Under the pieces are notes generated by a model, which was given only the letters and a program-made list of their open reading frames with translations, did no database searches and was not told where the DNA came from. DNA of 64,000 nucleotides, taken from the IMG/VR virus record IMGVR_UViG_3300027754_003435; one strand, written 5' to 3'. The DNA comes from a virus. The translations under genes and the position numbers were made by a program. Below, one piece after another: positions 29,965 to 39,137 of this stretch. The first letter of the stretch is position 1; each line of letters begins with the position of its first letter.

Positions 29965-30381
29965 ATGGAGCTTAAAAATATGAGTACGAGTATGAAAAAA
30001 TTAGCGTGTGAAGGAAACAATCCATTAAGTAAATATTATCACACAGATCCATGCGATCAATACGTTAAAGTTGCTGATAACGTAGTTAAGGTTATTTGTT
30101 GGAAATGTACTTCCAAAGGAATTCCAGCACCAACTAATGTAAACAAATCAAATGCAGCAAGTGGGTTTCTTCGTGGTTGGAAGTTTATGAAAGAATTTGT
30201 ACATCAGAACGGAACTGTTTATCATAAGGGAGTAGAGCAACCAAGTCTACGTGGTACACTTGAACCAACGCCATTCAAAACTTCTAAGTCACGTAAAGTA
30301 AAACCTACGTTGGATGATAAAATTCAAGAAGAGTACAACAAGAAATTAAAAAATAAAAAATCTAAATCTAAAAAATCATAA
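29965..30381 (+). CDS. Hypothetical protein with Cys cluster (possible Zn finger) and basic tail
   Basis: C...C...CWKC; Lys-rich C-terminus. Confidence 0.75.
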   Translation: MELKNMSTSMKKLACEGNNPLSKYYHTDPCDQYVKVADNVVKVICWKCTSKGIPAPTNVNKSNAASGFLRGWKFMKEFVHQNGTVYHKGVEQPSLRGTLEPTPFKTSKSRKVKPTLDDKIQEEYNKKLKNKKSKSKKS

Positions 30382-30392
30382 GGGGTATTGTT

Positions 30393-30605
30393 ATGAACAT
30401 CTGGCTAACGGTGAAAGAGTTATCCACCGAACTCGAATGTTCCGAACAATATGTTCGGTACTTGATAGTAGGTAGAACCCGTAAATATGGTGATATAACC
30501 CGCAAGGAATCACCTAAGATAGACGAAAGATATATGAGAGTTATAAGGAATGGCAGACGGATTAAATACTTAATACACAGTTCTATATTGGAAAAATTAA
30601 AATGA
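30393..30605 (+). CDS. Small HTH DNA-binding protein (excisionase-like)
   Basis: WLTVKELSTELECSEQYVRYLI. Confidence 0.65.
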   Translation: MNIWLTVKELSTELECSEQYVRYLIVGRTRKYGDITRKESPKIDERYMRVIRNGRRIKYLIHSSILEKLK

Positions 30606-30868
30606 AAAAGAAAATTCCAACAAAGCGAAAAAATACAAACGGTATATATGAATATAACGTGTTTGATAATTTATGGGGTTCAAAACATTATCCAACTAAC
30701 TATGAATTTGCAGTAGTTTCGTATGAAGGCGGTTCAGATGAACCATACGTATTTGCAATGGAAAATACTATGGATGCTGCAGAAAAAAGAAAAACATATT
30801 GGACTAAACAAAGTTTCATTAACTACAACATAGAAATCGTTCCAATAGAAGATATTACACAAATATAA
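30602..30868 (+). CDS. Hypothetical protein
   Basis: 88 aa; ATGA-type overlap with the upstream gene. Confidence 0.7.
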   Translation: MKKKIPTKRKNTNGIYEYNVFDNLWGSKHYPTNYEFAVVSYEGGSDEPYVFAMENTMDAAEKRKTYWTKQSFINYNIEIVPIEDITQI

Positions 30869-30875
30869 TTTTTAC

Positions 30876-30929
30876 TTTGTTATATCAAATCAATTAGCTA
30901 TCTTTGTATGTAAGATTAACAACAACCAA
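30876..30929 (+). promoter_or_regulatory. Promoter TTTG-N19-TATCTTTG plus conserved leader TATGTAAGATTAACAACAACCAA
   Basis: Read directly; the same leader recurs about ten times in the window. Confidence 0.8.
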
Positions 30930-30945
30930 TTAAAGGAAACAAGTT

Positions 30946-31272
30946 ATGAAAAAATACATTTCAACTAAAACAGAGTACATTAGTACAGACGGATGGAGAG
31001 GTTATGTACAACCAATAAATGCAGTAGCCGGTGCAAATGATACTGGTACATGGGATGATTCACCATGCAATTCTAATGTATGTGAAAAAGAAATCAAAGA
31101 ATATCGTTCTATACTCCGCAAGAATAAAATACAAAGTCGTACAATGTCTTGTCAAACTTCAAACGTATTTTGTGTACATACCTATGTTTTGGTTCATCCA
31201 GATGATAGAGCTAAAGCGTTAGAACTTGCTAAGGAACATCATCCAAATACTAAATTATTCTACGCCGTATAA
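30946..31272 (+). CDS. Early hypothetical protein
   Basis: 108 aa behind the promoter-leader element; AAGG upstream. Confidence 0.75.
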   Translation: MKKYISTKTEYISTDGWRGYVQPINAVAGANDTGTWDDSPCNSNVCEKEIKEYRSILRKNKIQSRTMSCQTSNVFCVHTYVLVHPDDRAKALELAKEHHPNTKLFYAV

Positions 31273-31277
31273 AAACA

Positions 31278-31332
31278 TTTGGAATTATCAGATAGTTTCA
31301 CTAGCTTTGTATGTAAGATTAAGAACAACCAA
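31278..31332 (+). promoter_or_regulatory. Promoter TTTG-N20-TAGCTTTG plus conserved leader
   Basis: tagctttg-tatgtaagattaagaacaaccaa. Confidence 0.8.
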
Positions 31333-31345
31333 CAAGGATACGGAC

Positions 31346-31576
31346 ATGACGTTAGATAATTTATTGAGAGGAAAAAATTCTGGTGTTTTCAAGAATAATA
31401 ATGGCGAATATTGTCAAATTATTAGATATTATGTTGGTAATAACAAAAAGTTTCAAATAATCTTTTCTAAAAGTTTGACTGATATTGCAAAACGTAATGC
31501 TATTATCACAACTTCTGAAAAAAGGGTATTAAAGCTAATTAAAAACGAAGAGTTTATTTTGGAAGAAATAAAATAA
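31346..31576 (+). CDS. Early hypothetical protein
   Basis: Start moved to ATG 31346; the track extension reads through the promoter. Confidence 0.7.
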   Translation: MTLDNLLRGKNSGVFKNNNGEYCQIIRYYVGNNKKFQIIFSKSLTDIAKRNAIITTSEKRVLKLIKNEEFILEEIK

Positions 31577-31579
31577 TAC

Positions 31580-31633
31580 TTTGGTATTTCTAATAAATAC
31601 ACTAGCTTTGTATGTAAGATTAACAACAACCAA
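31580..31633 (+). promoter_or_regulatory. Promoter TTTG-N19-TAGCTTTG plus conserved leader
   Basis: tagctttg-tatgtaagattaacaacaaccaa. Confidence 0.8.
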
Positions 31634-31665
31634 TTAAACAACCAACAAATTAGGAAAAAATAATT

Positions 31666-32577
31666 ATGAATACGATTCAACAAACAATTGAAAATGCTCC
31701 ATCATTTCGTCCAGAAAATCTGATTATATCAGATGTTAAATGGAAATATTTAGTACGTTCCGTGTTACGTGGCAACAACCTTATGATTACGGGACCTGCT
31801 GGCTGTGGTAAAACACTTGCAGTTTCAACTGTTGCTAAAGCTATGGCAAGACCGTTCTTTTACTTCAACTTAGGTGCTACACAAGATCCGCGTTCTTCTC
31901 TTATCGGTAATACACACTTTAACAAAGATACTGGTACTTACTTCGCTGATTCTACTTTTGTTCGTGCTATTCAAACAGAAGGTGCGGTAATTTTATTAGA
32001 TGAGCTTTCAAGAGCGCATCCTGAAGCAAGTAACATTCTTATGACTGTGTTGGACGAAACACAACGTTACCTACGAGTTGATGAGTCACCGTCATCACCA
32101 GTAGTAGAAGTTGCAAAAGGTGTTTCATTCCTTGCTACCGCTAACATCGGTGTTGAATATACAGGTACGAGAGAAATGGACAGAGCATTGAAAGATAGAT
32201 TTATGATTTTAGAAATGGACGTTCTTACTAAAGAACAACAAGCATTCCTTATTAAACAAGTTTGTCCAAGCCTATCGGAATCAGTTATCACTATTCTAAC
32301 TGGCATCTATAATCAAATTCAAAATGAAGTTGAGTCTGGCTCTGGTAAAATTTCAACTGGCATTTCAACACGAACCATACTTGCGGCATCTTCATTGATT
32401 TGTGATGGATTTTCTATAAAAGATTCAATAGAAGTTTGTGTGTTTCCTTACTTCTCAAATGATGGCGGTTTAGATTCTGAAAGAACATATGTTCGCCAAA
32501 TTGTTCAAAAGTTTATTCCAGATGAGCATTTGAAAGATGATAATATGTTCAATGAGAAGGACGCAGTAAACTTCTAA
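31666..32577 (+). CDS. MoxR/CbbQ-type AAA+ ATPase
   Basis: GPAGCGKT Walker A, VILLDELSRA Walker B, ATANIG and DRALKDRF motifs. Confidence 0.9.
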   Translation: MNTIQQTIENAPSFRPENLIISDVKWKYLVRSVLRGNNLMITGPAGCGKTLAVSTVAKAMARPFFYFNLGATQDPRSSLIGNTHFNKDTGTYFADSTFVRAIQTEGAVILLDELSRAHPEASNILMTVLDETQRYLRVDESPSSPVVEVAKGVSFLATANIGVEYTGTREMDRALKDRFMILEMDVLTKEQQAFLIKQVCPSLSESVITILTGIYNQIQNEVESGSGKISTGISTRTILAASSLICDGFSIKDSIEVCVFPYFSNDGGLDSERTYVRQIVQKFIPDEHLKDDNMFNEKDAVNF

Positions 32578-32587
32578 TGACTAATAC

Positions 32588-32615
32588 AAGGGGCTAACAG
32601 CCCCTTTTCTTTTTT
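32588..32615 (+). terminator. Intrinsic terminator
   Basis: AAGGGGCT-AAC-AGCCCCTT plus T-rich tail. Confidence 0.8.
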
Positions 32616-32643
32616 AATTATGGCAAATTCGCCACAATTAAAT

Positions 32644-32688
32644 TTTGGTTGTTATCAGAAAAAAACGTATATTTGTATGTAAGATTAA
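32644..32688 (+). promoter_or_regulatory. Promoter TTTG-N20-TATATTTG plus leader TATGTAAGATTAA
   Basis: Read directly upstream of the VWA gene. Confidence 0.8.
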
Positions 32689-32711
32689 CACACACTCAAA
32701 CGGAAATAGAT

Positions 32712-34820
32712 ATGAAGAAGAAATCAACAAAAAGTATTTTGAAATCGGCCATTGCTCGTACTTCAAAGTTTTGGGATACACAATCAACCAAAACTGACAA
32801 GTCAAACTATTGGTTACGTGGTTCTCTTTTTGATAAAAAAGAATCTATGTTTAAAGATACAACAGAAAAGGAATCAAGGTTTGACCATTTTGCTTTGGCA
32901 CAATATCAACGTGCTATTACAAACTTCGTTCATATTATGACCGGTAATAAAGATATAGCAGTTAAGTATATTACAAATGGTAACAGCTATACTAATGGTA
33001 AAACTATAACTCTGTCTGCTTCTATTAAAGAGAAAGATTTTGATTCTAATGTTGGTTTAGCTTTACATGAAGCAAGTCATATTATTTATACCGATTTCAG
33101 TTTAGCAAAAGAAAGTATTTGGGGATTATATTCATTTTTAGAGAATACCGATAAACTTACTTCTGATGAAAAAATCAAGTCAATTGCTGCAGTTGGTACA
33201 AGAGAAAATTTCAAAACTATTATTAATATAGTTGAGGATTTATTTATTGACGCAATGAGTTATGCAGCAGCACCTGGTTATCGTTCTTATTACCAAGCAC
33301 TATATCATAAATTTTTCGGTGATGAAAAAATCATCAAGGGTATGCGTAATAAAAAGTATATGGAAGTAAACTTTGAAAATTACATATTTCATTTATGTAA
33401 TGTGCGTAATCCAGAAAGAAATCTTAAAGCACTTCCAGATTTAGAAGTGATTTGGAATAAATTAGATTTGAGTAACATTCGTAGATTAACTACACAACAA
33501 GACAGAATAAATCTAAGTACCGATATTTTAATTACTATTCTTAAAAATGTTTTGAATAGTGAAAACCAAACTAATTCAAACAATACAAATCAAGAACAGC
33601 AATCTGAAGGTAATGAATCTGAAGGTAGTGAAGGTAATGAATCTGAAGGTAGTGAAGGTAATGAATCTGAAGGTAGTGAAGGTAATGAGTCCGAAGGTAG
33701 TGGTTCAGAAAACGATAATAGTGAATATACATTAACTGAAAAGCAAATAACCCAACTTGAAAAAATATTTGAAAAGCAACAAAATTTTATTAACGATGAT
33801 GCTCAAAAAACAAAATTAACAAAAGAAGCTTCACTTCAAGTTGAAGCACTTTCTTCATTGGACATTACAGAAGTTATGACCGCTAAACACTTGAATAATG
33901 AATCTTCTACGTTCAAGGGTGTTAAAACACTTGTTATAAATAATGTTACTGAAAAGTTTATGAAATCAGATATTGCTCGTGGATTTGGTTTGTCTATGCA
34001 TTCATGGTCTGCTCGAGGTGAAAGTTTAGAGCACGCTATTTCTCTCGGTAAAGTTCTTGCAAAAAGGCTCCAAGTTAGAAATGAAGAGCGTTCATTAGCT
34101 TCTAAAAGATTAAAATCTGGTAAGATTGATAATCGTATGTTGCACGAAATTGGCTTTGATAATTACGATATTTTCAAGAAAGTAAATGTAAGTCAATACA
34201 AACCATCTTATATTCACATTTCAATTGACCAATCGGGTTCAATGTCAGGTGACAGATTTGAAGAGTCCGTAAAGTTTGCAACTATGTTTGCGGTTGCTTC
34301 TAAATCTATTAAAAATCTTCATGTTGTTGTAACCGCTCGTTCAACGTTTCATAGTGGTGGTAATAATAAATTAAAAGATACGCCTTATATTGTTTACTTA
34401 TTCGATTCTAAAAAACATAACATTAATGATATTAGAAGAGTGTTTAACTATATAAAAACATCAAACTTAACACCAGAAGGACTTACATTTGAAGCGATTC
34501 AAAACGAAGTGATGAAAAGTTCAGTAAATACAGATGCTTACTTCATTAACTTATGCGACGGAGAACCTTGTGCTGAATATAATGGTTTTAAATACAGAGG
34601 CGATGAAGCTAAAGAACACTCACGTAAACAAGTGGATAAAATGAAACAACGTGGTGTTAACATTATGAATTACTTCTTTGGTGGTCAATATGAGTATAGT
34701 AAGTTCTTAAAAACTTATCCTAAAAATTCATATATGTTAAAGAATGCAGAAGAGGTTAATTCAATAGTTAAGATTATGAATCGTGAACTTTTGAGTGGAG
34801 CAAGTAAGCAGAATGATTAA
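32712..34820 (+). CDS. VWA-domain partner of the MoxR ATPase with N-terminal HExxH metallopeptidase-like domain
   Basis: LHEASHI; acidic Ser/Glu/Gly linker; MIDAS DQSGS...T...LCDGEP. Start moved to ATG 32712. Confidence 0.85.
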   Translation: MKKKSTKSILKSAIARTSKFWDTQSTKTDKSNYWLRGSLFDKKESMFKDTTEKESRFDHFALAQYQRAITNFVHIMTGNKDIAVKYITNGNSYTNGKTITLSASIKEKDFDSNVGLALHEASHIIYTDFSLAKESIWGLYSFLENTDKLTSDEKIKSIAAVGTRENFKTIINIVEDLFIDAMSYAAAPGYRSYYQALYHKFFGDEKIIKGMRNKKYMEVNFENYIFHLCNVRNPERNLKALPDLEVIWNKLDLSNIRRLTTQQDRINLSTDILITILKNVLNSENQTNSNNTNQEQQSEGNESEGSEGNESEGSEGNESEGSEGNESEGSGSENDNSEYTLTEKQITQLEKIFEKQQNFINDDAQKTKLTKEASLQVEALSSLDITEVMTAKHLNNESSTFKGVKTLVINNVTEKFMKSDIARGFGLSMHSWSARGESLEHAISLGKVLAKRLQVRNEERSLASKRLKSGKIDNRMLHEIGFDNYDIFKKVNVSQYKPSYIHISIDQSGSMSGDRFEESVKFATMFAVASKSIKNLHVVVTARSTFHSGGNNKLKDTPYIVYLFDSKKHNINDIRRVFNYIKTSNLTPEGLTFEAIQNEVMKSSVNTDAYFINLCDGEPCAEYNGFKYRGDEAKEHSRKQVDKMKQRGVNIMNYFFGGQYEYSKFLKTYPKNSYMLKNAEEVNSIVKIMNRELLSGASKQND
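33605..33700. repeat. 4 x 24 bp tandem repeat encoding EGNESEGS
   Basis: tgaaggtaatgaatctgaaggtag x4; the last copy has two changes. Confidence 0.95.
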
Positions 34821-35298
34821 AACCAAAAGACTTAGAAGTTTAGATAGAAAACCACCGATGCAAAAATCATCGGTGGCAACGATAAACATATCGAAAAAAA
34901 AAACTACAAATAAAGAAATTGACATAATTATAAATCAAACATATAACTGGTGTGTAAAAAATTTAGGTATAAGTCCACACAAAGATTTACCTATGGTTTC
35001 TTGGGATTGGAAATCGTTCGGACACGCTGACCTTGAGAAGCAGTTTATAGCAATGTATGATGCTTCGGTAAACGAAATTAGTATAAAAATAACAGGTCAT
35101 CGTACATTAAAAAATCTTGTAAGAACATTTATACATGAATATGTACATTACTTACAGCCGGAACAAGGTGGTTGGTATGATCGTTATGATAAAAAATATG
35201 GTTACGATAATAACCCATATGAAATAGAAGCGTATTACATATCAGATTTATATGTAAACGATGCCGTTAGTTTTGTTGTAAAAAAAATAAAATTATAA
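34813..35298 (+). CDS. Zincin-like metallopeptidase domain protein
   Basis: FIHEYVHYLQ...NPYEIEAY (HExxH plus downstream Glu); start at ATG 34813. Confidence 0.75.
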   Translation: MIKTKRLRSLDRKPPMQKSSVATINISKKKTTNKEIDIIINQTYNWCVKNLGISPHKDLPMVSWDWKSFGHADLEKQFIAMYDASVNEISIKITGHRTLKNLVRTFIHEYVHYLQPEQGGWYDRYDKKYGYDNNPYEIEAYYISDLYVNDAVSFVVKKIKL

Positions 35299-35303
35299 AT
35301 ATT

Positions 35304-35375
35304 GGTCCCATCGACTAACGGTTAGGTCACTACCCTTTCAAGGTAGCTGCACGGGTTCAAATCCCGTTGGGACTA
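35304..35375 (+). tRNA. trnE: tRNA-Glu (anticodon TTC)
   Basis: Acceptor GGTCCCA/TGGGACT, anticodon arm CTACC-CTTTCAA-GGTAG, T-loop GGTTCAAATCC; CCA not encoded. Confidence 0.92.
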
Positions 35376-35410
35376 CACAATTTTATTCACAATAATATAT
35401 TAAATGTTTT

Positions 35411-35998
35411 ATGGAAAAGCTAAACTTAAAAACTGTTGAAAATTTTTTAACTATTCAAGAATGTAAAGAAGTAATTGATTATTGTATTCCATTTATGAAT
35501 AATTCATCGATATTGGACTATGATAATATAGAATCTAATGATTTATTTAGAAAATCATATGACACTTGGATTAATAAAGACATCGATATTCCTATATTTA
35601 ATAAAATAAGAAATGGAATAGCAAAACATTCTGGTTTGCCAGAAAGTAATCAAGAATCATTATCGGTTATACAGTATCCAGTTGGTGGTATATTCAAAGA
35701 TCATTATGACTATTTACACCCAAATACTTCCTATTATGAAACTGAGTGTAATCCAAGAGGCGGTCAGCGGATTAAAACCTGTATGATTTATTTAAACGAT
35801 GATTTTGTTGGTGGTAATACTGAATTCACAACTATTGATGTTTCAATAACACCCAAAACTGGTAAATTAATATGTTGGAACAATGCGGATGAAAACCTTG
35901 ATTTAATCGACGAATCTAAACACAGAGGAAATGTAGTAGAAGCGGGTAATAAATGGATTTTAGTTGCATGGATTAGAGCAAACACATTTATATTATAA
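35411..35998 (+). CDS. 2OG-Fe(II) oxygenase (prolyl 4-hydroxylase-like)
   Basis: HYD...MIYLNDDFVGGNTEF...H...GNKW pattern. Confidence 0.9.
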   Translation: MEKLNLKTVENFLTIQECKEVIDYCIPFMNNSSILDYDNIESNDLFRKSYDTWINKDIDIPIFNKIRNGIAKHSGLPESNQESLSVIQYPVGGIFKDHYDYLHPNTSYYETECNPRGGQRIKTCMIYLNDDFVGGNTEFTTIDVSITPKTGKLICWNNADENLDLIDESKHRGNVVEAGNKWILVAWIRANTFIL

Positions 35999-36012
35999 AC
36001 AGGAGAGTTTTG

Positions 36013-36168
36013 ATGTACTATATAACAAAAGAATATTTAGAGCGTATGATTATAGTAGCCAAGGAAGTATTGACAGAAAATCCCAATGATACATGGGTTG
36101 AAAAGGGATTGCGGGAAATGGAAAGGGAAGTTAGAAGAATGGATGAAGAGAAGATAATTATTAAATAA
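36013..36168 (+). CDS. Small hypothetical protein (51 aa, below the ORF-track cutoff)
   Basis: AGGAGAG upstream; MYYITKEYLERMIIVAKEVLTENPNDTWVEKGLREMEREVRRMDEEKIIIK. Confidence 0.65.
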   Translation: MYYITKEYLERMIIVAKEVLTENPNDTWVEKGLREMEREVRRMDEEKIIIK

Positions 36169-36177
36169 TAATTCTTT

Positions 36178-36186
36178 TATATTTAT
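36178..36186 (+). promoter_or_regulatory. Putative late promoter TATATTTAT
   Basis: Exact motif about 37 nt upstream of 36223; the one + strand exact copy noted before a gene. Confidence 0.55.
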
Positions 36187-36222
36187 ATTGGATTAACTAT
36201 TTTTGAAGTAATAGAGAATAAA

Positions 36223-36690
36223 ATGAAAGATATGAAAAAAATGAAAGACCTTGTTAGTGAAGGTAGAGAAATGCAAAACAAATTAACAAAGTTGATTAAT
36301 GGGAAGTTAAATGAAGGTAATACAAACCAAGTAAACGAACGTGGTCAATACGCTTGGGGTATGGTTAAACCAGACTTAGACAGAACAAGTGGTTTGGTAT
36401 ACGCAGCAGACATTTCGTTTACATTAGAAGATATATTTGAATTGTATGACGCTTATACAAAAACTGTTAGAATGTTATCAGCGTTTGCTTCACATCATCA
36501 GGGTTCAATACACATTAATCCAATAATTGAAATTGATATTCCAAATGAAACAACAGCACACCAATTTACTGGTTCAGAAATTAAAGCTCTCTATCAATTT
36601 GCAATGGCAAATAAAGATGCAATAGTATCACGTCATGGAACAAGAACCATGAGTCAACCACAATCGCAAGCACCATTTGGGATGCGTTAA
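36223..36690 (+). CDS. Hypothetical protein, possible internal head protein
   Basis: N-terminal KMKDLVSE...KLNE resembles the shared leader; late-type motif upstream. Confidence 0.7.
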   Translation: MKDMKKMKDLVSEGREMQNKLTKLINGKLNEGNTNQVNERGQYAWGMVKPDLDRTSGLVYAADISFTLEDIFELYDAYTKTVRMLSAFASHHQGSIHINPIIEIDIPNETTAHQFTGSEIKALYQFAMANKDAIVSRHGTRTMSQPQSQAPFGMR

Positions 36691-36719
36691 TTTACTAACT
36701 AACAATTAGTGAAATACAC

Positions 36720-36753
36720 AATCACCAAAAAATTATTTTGGTGATTTTTTTTT
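36720..36753 (+). terminator. Intrinsic terminator
   Basis: AATCACCAAAA-AATTA-TTTTGGTGATT plus T-run. Confidence 0.8.
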
Positions 36754-36756
36754 ATC

Positions 36757-36787
36757 TTTGATATTATGTTATAAATCCTTATATTTG
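36757..36787 (+). promoter_or_regulatory. Promoter TTTG-N19-TATATTTG
   Basis: Exact consensus; AGGAG and the ATG at 36798 follow immediately. Confidence 0.7.
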
Positions 36788-36797
36788 TAGGAGTTAA

Positions 36798-37148
36798 ATG
36801 AGAATGAGATGGTTCATAAATTCAATTAAGAATGATGACTTTGAGGAGTTACCTATTGTGTTAGATAGATTAAAAAAATGGATATTAAGACCAACCGGTT
36901 TATTTATTGGTGATATAATTCACATGCCAATTCAAAGTGGTTTTAATAGAAGAAAAATAACTAAAAAGTTTTACAATTGGAAAGAAGGTGTTTGGTTTGT
37001 TTCATTAGATGATAATGGCACACCAATGGACATTCCGTATGAATATGCAATAGAAATTAGACAGCTTTATTATACACGTAAGATTACTGAAACCATCGGT
37101 ACGTATATCAATAATATGAATGATAAATTAAATAATTTAAAGGATTGA
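36798..37148 (+). CDS. Hypothetical protein
   Basis: 116 aa, promoter and RBS upstream. Confidence 0.7.
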   Translation: MRMRWFINSIKNDDFEELPIVLDRLKKWILRPTGLFIGDIIHMPIQSGFNRRKITKKFYNWKEGVWFVSLDDNGTPMDIPYEYAIEIRQLYYTRKITETIGTYINNMNDKLNNLKD

Positions 37149-37441
37149 GTATGAGAAAAGATTTAACTAACAAGCTCGATGAAGTAACTGATGCTATTTA
37201 TTGGGATGGTTATGCGGACGGTATTGCTGAGTATAAAGAACTAGTTATAAGTTACATGGAAGAAATTGAATCTAACAGTAATCGTTCAATGTTTGACGCT
37301 TTAGAGTGGGAATTGATTGATATGTATGATATTCCAACGGAATTAAATGCTAAACCTGTAGAAATAGAAAAAATTGAATTTGTAGGTAGTACAAGTGTGT
37401 TTGAAAAACTATTAAATATATTCGGTAGTAAAGGAATGTAG
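37145..37441 (+). CDS. Acidic hypothetical protein
   Basis: 98 aa in an operon with the GS gene. Confidence 0.7.
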   Translation: MSMRKDLTNKLDEVTDAIYWDGYADGIAEYKELVISYMEEIESNSNRSMFDALEWELIDMYDIPTELNAKPVEIEKIEFVGSTSVFEKLLNIFGSKGM

Positions 37442-37443
37442 TT

Positions 37444-38463
37444 ATGAGTGCAACTTTAGTTGAATATGTATGGCTTGATGGTTACACGCCAGAACCTACT
37501 CTTCGTAGTAAAATCAGAGTTTCCGATGGAGGTTCATCAGAACAATGGTCATTTGATGGTAGTTCTACTAAACAAGCGGAAGGAAACTTTTCAGATTGCA
37601 TTCTTAATCCAGTAAAACGCTATCATGGAACTAATAGAAATGATAAGATATTTGTTTTATGTGAAGTTCTTAACTCAGATAGAACACCACATGAATCGAA
37701 TGATAGACATAAACTGGATTTTTCCATATATTCCTCTTTAGATAATTCTGCGGAATCACCTTGGTTTGGATTTGAACAAGAATATTTTATACGGCAGGGA
37801 CATAAAAAAAACATATTAGGTTTTGAATCAAATTATTCAACAGAAAAACAAGGCAAATATTATTGTGGTGTTGGAGGACTTATATTTGGAAGACACTTAT
37901 CAGATGAACACCTTGAAATGTGTTTGAAATATGGTATAGGTATAGAAGGAACAAACGCTGAAGTTGCTGTTGGTCAATGGGAATATCAAATTTTCGGTAA
38001 AGATATTCTTACTGCATCGGACGATTTGTGGATGTCTAGGTATTTCTTGTTCAAATTGGCAGAAAAATATGGTTATGATATAGAATTACACCCTAAACCA
38101 CTACAAACTGGTGATTGGAACGGCTCTGGACTACATACAAACTTCTCAACCCCAAGAATGCGTGATGTTGGTGGTGATGAATACTTTAATAAAATATTCA
38201 AACAATTTGATAAAGATAAAGAAATACACATTGCTAACTACGGTTCTGACAACCATTTACGTTTAACTGGCAAGTTTGAAACACAAGATATAAACAAATT
38301 TACGTGGGGTATTGCAGATAGGGGTGCTTCAATACGTATACCAACAGGAACAGCGGAAAATTGGTGTGGATATTTAGAAGATAGAAGGCCAGCTTCAAAC
38401 GCTAATCCATATAAAGTTACTAAGGTAATATTGGATTCTATGTACGAAGTTGATAAAAAATAG
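37444..38463 (+). CDS. glnA: Glutamine synthetase, type II (GSII-like)
   Basis: EYVWLDG, WSFDGSST, WFGFEQEY, NAEVAVGQWEYQ, DWNGSGLHTNFS, RGASIRIP and YLEDRRPASNANPY motifs; 339 aa. Confidence 0.95.
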   Translation: MSATLVEYVWLDGYTPEPTLRSKIRVSDGGSSEQWSFDGSSTKQAEGNFSDCILNPVKRYHGTNRNDKIFVLCEVLNSDRTPHESNDRHKLDFSIYSSLDNSAESPWFGFEQEYFIRQGHKKNILGFESNYSTEKQGKYYCGVGGLIFGRHLSDEHLEMCLKYGIGIEGTNAEVAVGQWEYQIFGKDILTASDDLWMSRYFLFKLAEKYGYDIELHPKPLQTGDWNGSGLHTNFSTPRMRDVGGDEYFNKIFKQFDKDKEIHIANYGSDNHLRLTGKFETQDINKFTWGIADRGASIRIPTGTAENWCGYLEDRRPASNANPYKVTKVILDSMYEVDKK

Positions 38464-38528
38464 GGAGATAGTAATTCTCAGGGAAACGGACGCTCTTTTA
38501 CTTGGTTGTTGGGGCGTCCATTTTTATT

Positions 38529-39083
38529 TTAATTTAATTCACGCATATAATCAGCTAGTTTAATATTCCATTTAACGTCGGGATATTTCATCGATAACTG
38601 TTTCACAGCCATTACATTAGGTCTTGCATCATCAATAAAGAACACGTCATTGTACCCTTGCTGTATTTTTGATTCTATCCAATCTGCTTTAGCTTGTGGG
38701 TCGGCAGAACCTACACCTACCACTTCTATGTTATTTATACCGATTGTTTGTAAGAACTGTTTAATATCGTTTGCAGCAGCACCTTTACGAGCTGTTAATA
38801 CCGTTATACGTCTCATACCAGTTGCTACGTATAATTTTCCAAGTATATTAGTTACTGACTTAATCTCTTGTGGACTTATTACTTGATTAAACTCAGAAAA
38901 GTCCAAGTTATCACCTGGTTGCTCACGATATATGGCAAACTCAGCCGGAGTTAATTTACTCATATTACCATGTCTATCGGTTAAAATAACCATAGATTTA
39001 GTCGTTGCAAGTGTGTCATCGAAATCAAATACTCTTAATTTCTTAGCTTCTTGCTCTTCTAGTAGTTCAGTTAATGTTATCAT
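38529..39083 (-). CDS. HAD-superfamily phosphatase with MITLTELLEE leader
   Basis: VFDFDDTL (motif I), LTAR (motif II), FIDDARPNV (motif IV). Start moved to ATG 39083. Confidence 0.85.
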   Translation of the reverse strand: MITLTELLEEQEAKKLRVFDFDDTLATTKSMVILTDRHGNMSKLTPAEFAIYREQPGDNLDFSEFNQVISPQEIKSVTNILGKLYVATGMRRITVLTARKGAAANDIKQFLQTIGINNIEVVGVGSADPQAKADWIESKIQQGYNDVFFIDDARPNVMAVKQLSMKYPDVKWNIKLADYMRELN

Positions 39084-39137
39084 CTCGGTTTCTTCTCCCA
39101 ACCTATTGACTTTCTATATTGTTCGTAGTTATTCATT
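39077..39137. repeat. 61 bp direct repeat, copy 1
   Basis: 58/61 identical to 39701..39761. Confidence 0.95.
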
